Of a DNA stretch of 64,000 bases, positions 60,542-64,000 are shown one piece after another (position 1 is the stretch's first letter; each line of letters begins with the position of its first letter). Below the pieces are notes generated by a model. It saw only the letters and a list, made by a program, of their open reading frames with translations, was not told where the DNA came from and did no database searches. The position numbers were made by a program, and so were the translations under genes. The DNA is from a virus: IMG/VR virus record IMGVR_UViG_3300020477_001105, positions 1 through 64,000 of that record. The stretch is one strand, 5' to 3'.

Positions 60542-62320
60542 TTAAAAGTCTCCATAGTAATGCATGTTGTCACCTTTTTGGTTATCCCAAATATCATTAA
60601 ACTGATCTTCGTGTCTAGGTGAGGGGAATTCCCACCCTAACGTTTTAAGCTCATCAATATCACTACTCTGCTCGGTACTAGTGAAAACTATTGGTAAAGC
60701 ATTTCCGTGACTACCTATCACCTTTTCATTTGAATACATAGATACCGGATTTACAAAATGACGAGTACCGTAGTCTATAGATTTTATCATTTTAGGTTTA
60801 TGGTTGTCATCGAACTCAACAATTTCATAATATCTATCAACAACAGTTTCTTCCAACCCAATTAAAGACCATATCAACGACATAACTCTATCATCTAGAT
60901 AATTACCCTCTTTCTTTGCTGCCCAGGTACCATTAGGGTACCGTACAAATGATCTCATTTCATTAACAGTGCTAATATCATTGAATTTAACAACCTGTAA
61001 ATGGTTTACCCAATATCTCATATTAACCACACCTTTATATTTGGTATTAGTATGGGCAATAACACCTAACCTATTATCATACGACTTTGAGTGTGAGCCT
61101 TTTGGTGAAAAGGTAATTAAGTTAGAATACCCGTGCTGATTGAAAAGGTTATCAACTACTTGAGCTCCACAGTTGTTTCTCTCTACTGCAATAGGAGGAC
61201 TTCCCCAGTGTTGAGCTATCTCAAAAACCTTTGTGGTGAAATTATAGGGGGAAATAGTATTGTTATGGTATACGGCGACTTGAACAATATTCGTCAAATC
61301 TGTTATATCTAGAACTTGTACAACACTAGCATTTTCACCGACACCCTCTGCAATATCAACACCTATACCATATAAGTGGTCTTCTTTTGGTTCTTCCCAC
61401 AATAGATACTTACCTTCATCAAACACAAATTCTGGCTCAGAACAACCTAGCTTTAACCGTTCGAATAATTCTTCATCAATTACTGATTCACCTGTTTGTA
61501 AGAATACATTTCCAAATTCTTGACTAAAAGCCTCAACACTCCCAAGGGACTTCATAGTCTCCTCTTTCCACTCTTCGTCACGACCAGGGATCTCCCACCA
61601 ATCTACTCTCTCTGCCTTCCAGTTACTTTCACCCTTCTCTGCGTTGGTGTAAATTTCATGAAACAGGTTCTCGGTACCGTTAGGTGTGCTCGCAATAAAA
61701 ATTTTAGATTTTTTAGAAGATGAAATGATAGGATAGACTGATCTCCAGAAATCCTGAACTAAGTGATCATCAATAAATGCTAACTCATCAAGAACCAATA
61801 CATTACAGGAATCACCACGACCAGCATCCGATGACGTGGTTGAAATACCAATACTAGATCCATTATCTAATGCCATAGCGGTCTTACCGTACTCTACAAC
61901 ACCAGGTTTTAAGTGATTAGGTAACATCTCATATGCTAATCGCACTCTCTTAAAGATGTTAATAGCAGTCTGCTCTTTGTTAGCTACGATAAGTATTCGC
62001 TGATCTTCTTGAAAGCATGCTATCCATAAGCAATATATTGTCATTAAGGTAGTTTTACCAATCTGACGGCTAGCTAATAAACTAACAAATCTATTATCTC
62101 TTAAACTACGTAATACTCTCTTTTGACATTTATATAAGCCAATCCTCTCTCGGCCACGGTCTAGGTTAACAATATAAAAGAAGTTTTCTGCAAAATATAG
62201 TATATTACGCTTACTTTTCTTAAGCTCATTGATCATCTCCGGAGTCCACTCAAACTCAGCATCCGGTCTAGGAAGGTTCTTATTTCCTAGATAATATTTT
62301 TGATCATCTTTTTTGTTCAT
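60542..62320 (-). CDS. terminase large subunit (gp17-like)
   Basis: YLGN.NL, ASRQIGKTT, LVLDELAF, STPNG, GVDIAEGVG, VERNN and DDRVMS. Confidence 0.96.
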   Translation of the reverse strand: MNKKDDQKYYLGNKNLPRPDAEFEWTPEMINELKKSKRNILYFAENFFYIVNLDRGRERIGLYKCQKRVLRSLRDNRFVSLLASRQIGKTTLMTIYCLWIACFQEDQRILIVANKEQTAINIFKRVRLAYEMLPNHLKPGVVEYGKTAMALDNGSSIGISTTSSDAGRGDSCNVLVLDELAFIDDHLVQDFWRSVYPIISSSKKSKIFIASTPNGTENLFHEIYTNAEKGESNWKAERVDWWEIPGRDEEWKEETMKSLGSVEAFSQEFGNVFLQTGESVIDEELFERLKLGCSEPEFVFDEGKYLLWEEPKEDHLYGIGVDIAEGVGENASVVQVLDITDLTNIVQVAVYHNNTISPYNFTTKVFEIAQHWGSPPIAVERNNCGAQVVDNLFNQHGYSNLITFSPKGSHSKSYDNRLGVIAHTNTKYKGVVNMRYWVNHLQVVKFNDISTVNEMRSFVRYPNGTWAAKKEGNYLDDRVMSLIWSLIGLEETVVDRYYEIVEFDDNHKPKMIKSIDYGTRHFVNPVSMYSNEKVIGSHGNALPIVFTSTEQSSDIDELKTLGWEFPSPRHEDQFNDIWDNQKGDNMHYYGDF

Positions 62321-62337
62321 AAAAGGTTCCTACAATA

Positions 62338-62345
62338 TATAAATA
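62338..62345 (+). promoter_or_regulatory. T4-type late promoter TATAAATA
   Basis: Exact T4 late consensus 5 nt before the ATG at 62351. Confidence 0.8.
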
Positions 62346-62350
62346 TTTAC

Positions 62351-63268
62351 ATGCCAGTACGACATATTGATGAAATTGGTGAACTATATTCCAAGAATGT
62401 TTCACCCGTAACAGATAAAGAGCTGAAACTTGAAGAACAAGAAGCTGCCAATCGCAAGAGTCTTCTTACAGAAGGTGAGGCTGTGAAGGCTAAACCCGCT
62501 AAAGATATAGCTTTTGAAGGTGAACCTAAAAAGGAAAAAGGGTTCGACGGCGCGACGACTCCTGATGGTGTAGAGAAGGCAGAATTGGATACCCAAAACA
62601 GCTCAACTGGCGAGTCTGCTTTTGGTGTTGAAAGTTTCTCTAACCCGGTGAAAAAAGAACAAAAAGAAATAAATAATTCTACAATGAAGGAAAATCAACA
62701 ACAATCACAGTCAACATTTGATCGCCTATTCGAAGATGTAATGGGTGGCGAAGAAGTAGATTTAGGCATGGAAGCTGAGCCCGGCATGGACGACATGATG
62801 GGTGGCGAAGAAGAGGACCTCGGTGGAGGTGATCTTGCTAGCAGGCTCCGTGAAGTAGCAGAACTTTTAGTTGGTATCGCTGACGACATGAGTGGAGAAG
62901 GCGGTGAAGAGGAAATCGAAGACATGGAAGATGTCGCCGAGGTTGAGGGAGATGAGTTTGGCGAGAGCTATACTAATTTCGACCACGACCATAACTTCAC
63001 TGGCGGGCAGGCAGTAGTCGACGGTGCTCACGAAAATACCGGCTTACAAGGTAAGAGTAACAAAGTATCCGGTTCCGGTCACCAAGTATCTGGTCACGGG
63101 CACGGCGAAGGTGGTGCAGGTGGACAGGAAGACGGTGGAAAACCTAAGCCCGTCGCGGGTGGTCAAGCAGTAGTTGATGGTTCTCACGAGAACGTTGGCT
63201 TGCAGGGCAAGAACAACAAAGTAGGTGGTAAAGTTTCTGGCGGTAATAAAGACTTATTCAGAGCTTAA
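62351..63268 (+). CDS. acidic low-complexity protein, candidate prohead core/internal protein
   Basis: Glu/Gly-rich, with a twice-repeated GGQAVVDG.HEN.GLQGK.NKV. Start reassigned to 62351 by promoter position. Confidence 0.65.
   Translation: MPVRHIDEIGELYSKNVSPVTDKELKLEEQEAANRKSLLTEGEAVKAKPAKDIAFEGEPKKEKGFDGATTPDGVEKAELDTQNSSTGESAFGVESFSNPVKKEQKEINNSTMKENQQQSQSTFDRLFEDVMGGEEVDLGMEAEPGMDDMMGGEEEDLGGGDLASRLREVAELLVGIADDMSGEGGEEEIEDMEDVAEVEGDEFGESYTNFDHDHNFTGGQAVVDGAHENTGLQGKSNKVSGSGHQVSGHGHGEGGAGGQEDGGKPKPVAGGQAVVDGSHENVGLQGKNNKVGGKVSGGNKDLFRA
63001..63223 (+). repeat. duplicated ~22-aa peptide unit
   Basis: GGQAVVDGAHENTGLQGKSNKV and GGQAVVDGSHENVGLQGKNNKV, with many synonymous differences. 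Confidence 0.8.
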
Positions 63269-63292
63269 TTCACTACAACATCCTTCATTTAG

Positions 63293-63322
63293 ACCCGGTC
63301 AATATATTGACCGGGTTTTTTT
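63293..63322 (+). terminator. intrinsic terminator fused to the next late promoter
   Basis: ACCCGGTCAAT-AT-ATTGACCGGGT followed by a T run that continues into TATAAATA (63322-63329). Confidence 0.88.
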
Positions 63323-63335
63323 ATAAATACTTTTA

Positions 63336-63740
63336 ATGAAGGATAAGGATCAAAAACTAATTTGGGAAGCTTATATAACTGAGGATAAATGGCAGATTCT
63401 TCACGCCCAAAAAGCGCGCGCGCGCCCGCTAGCGGGCGCCGGTGTCCCAGACGGTAAGGCTGGTCCGCTATCTCCCATACAATCTATGATGATGGACTAT
63501 GGTATCTCACCTCAAGCACAGCAACAACACCGTCTAGATCCAGATTTTTTGACGCTGCAAACCAAAATGGGAGAATTCACCAATCCAAAAGGTTACAGTG
63601 TGCCAGCGAATTGGTGGGAGAAAGAAGCTCCAAGATTTGGGGCACAAAAAGATAAGCTTGGTCAACCGTTACCTGCTCGAAATTGGGGAGATGTAATTCG
63701 ACAATTTGGTGGCCGGTTTCCTGGATCTGGTCCAATTTAA
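63336..63740 (+). CDS. hypothetical late protein, candidate head-internal protein
   Basis: TATAAATA 6 nt upstream; N-terminus MKDKDQKLIWEAYITE. Confidence 0.65.
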   Translation: MKDKDQKLIWEAYITEDKWQILHAQKARARPLAGAGVPDGKAGPLSPIQSMMMDYGISPQAQQQHRLDPDFLTLQTKMGEFTNPKGYSVPANWWEKEAPRFGAQKDKLGQPLPARNWGDVIRQFGGRFPGSGPI

Positions 63741-63744
63741 AATT

Positions 63745-63930
63745 ATGTTATGGCTTAAACAAGTTATCGCAGCAATCTTAGAATTCTTCTCGGCTGAAAT
63801 GAAGCAAGATAAGAAAGCGTCTAATGCAGATAAAACACCTGACAAGTTGAAAAATGCATGGCGTGATCGTATAATAGAGGCAGAAAGAAAATCTAAAGAT
63901 GAAAGTACTAAAGACACTTCTACTGATTAG
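63745..63930 (+). CDS. small protein, possible inner-membrane spanin component
   Basis: Hydrophobic/amphipathic N-terminus and charged helical tail; overlaps a downstream lipoprotein ORF. Confidence 0.45.
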   Translation: MLWLKQVIAAILEFFSAEMKQDKKASNADKTPDKLKNAWRDRIIEAERKSKDESTKDTSTD

Positions 63931-64000
63931 CACCGCGGCCATACTTATGGGATGTGGATCCACTAAGGTTGTCTTCGTTGACACCCAATCTCAAATTGTA
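63899..64000 (+). CDS. lipoprotein (partial), possible outer-membrane spanin
   Basis: MKVLKTLLLISTAAILMG-CGSTKVVFV..., a signal peptide II with lipobox; runs off the window. Confidence 0.65.
   Translation, partial: MKVLKTLLLISTAAILMGCGSTKVVFVDTQSQIV

Noticed and set aside
60542-62320. Intein or intron in the terminase, or stop-codon recoding
   Set aside because: The terminase has normal length and contiguous motifs. Genes are intact in the standard code and TAA, TAG and TGA all serve as stops.

Overview
This window is part of a large, AT-rich, T4-like (contractile-tailed) dsDNA phage genome read in the standard code, with most genes on the minus strand. From left to right it holds: (i) a complete tmRNA gene (5..397, minus) and an accessory block (exported trypsin-like protease, UDP-glucose dehydrogenase, SleB-like hydrolase, DUF932, HExxH protein, ClpC-type ATPase); (ii) an ~8 kb modification cluster (two radical SAM/SPASM enzymes, four GT29 sialyltransferase-like paralogs, a GT8-like enzyme, a PLP enzyme, a 2OG-Fe(II) oxygenase and a ParB-like protein); (iii) ~24 kb of fibre, lectin and beta-propeller genes, four of which end in peptidase-S74 chaperones; (iv) baseplate, tail tube, sheath and terminase genes, interrupted by an early clamp-loader/dUTPase operon; (v) candidate head-internal proteins and a probable spanin pair. 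The main hypothesis is a virion surface-glycosylation system. A short L-S-[A/G] motif is strongly enriched in outward-facing virion proteins and nearly absent from internal and non-structural proteins, next to the glycosyltransferase/radical SAM cluster. Also notable: a tmRNA with a long 27-aa tag near a ClpC, near-leaderless promoter geometry throughout, an unannotated highly basic 35-aa ORF, and a nested promoter that may give a second isoform of an acidic head protein. All protein calls come from motif recognition by eye; no searches were run.
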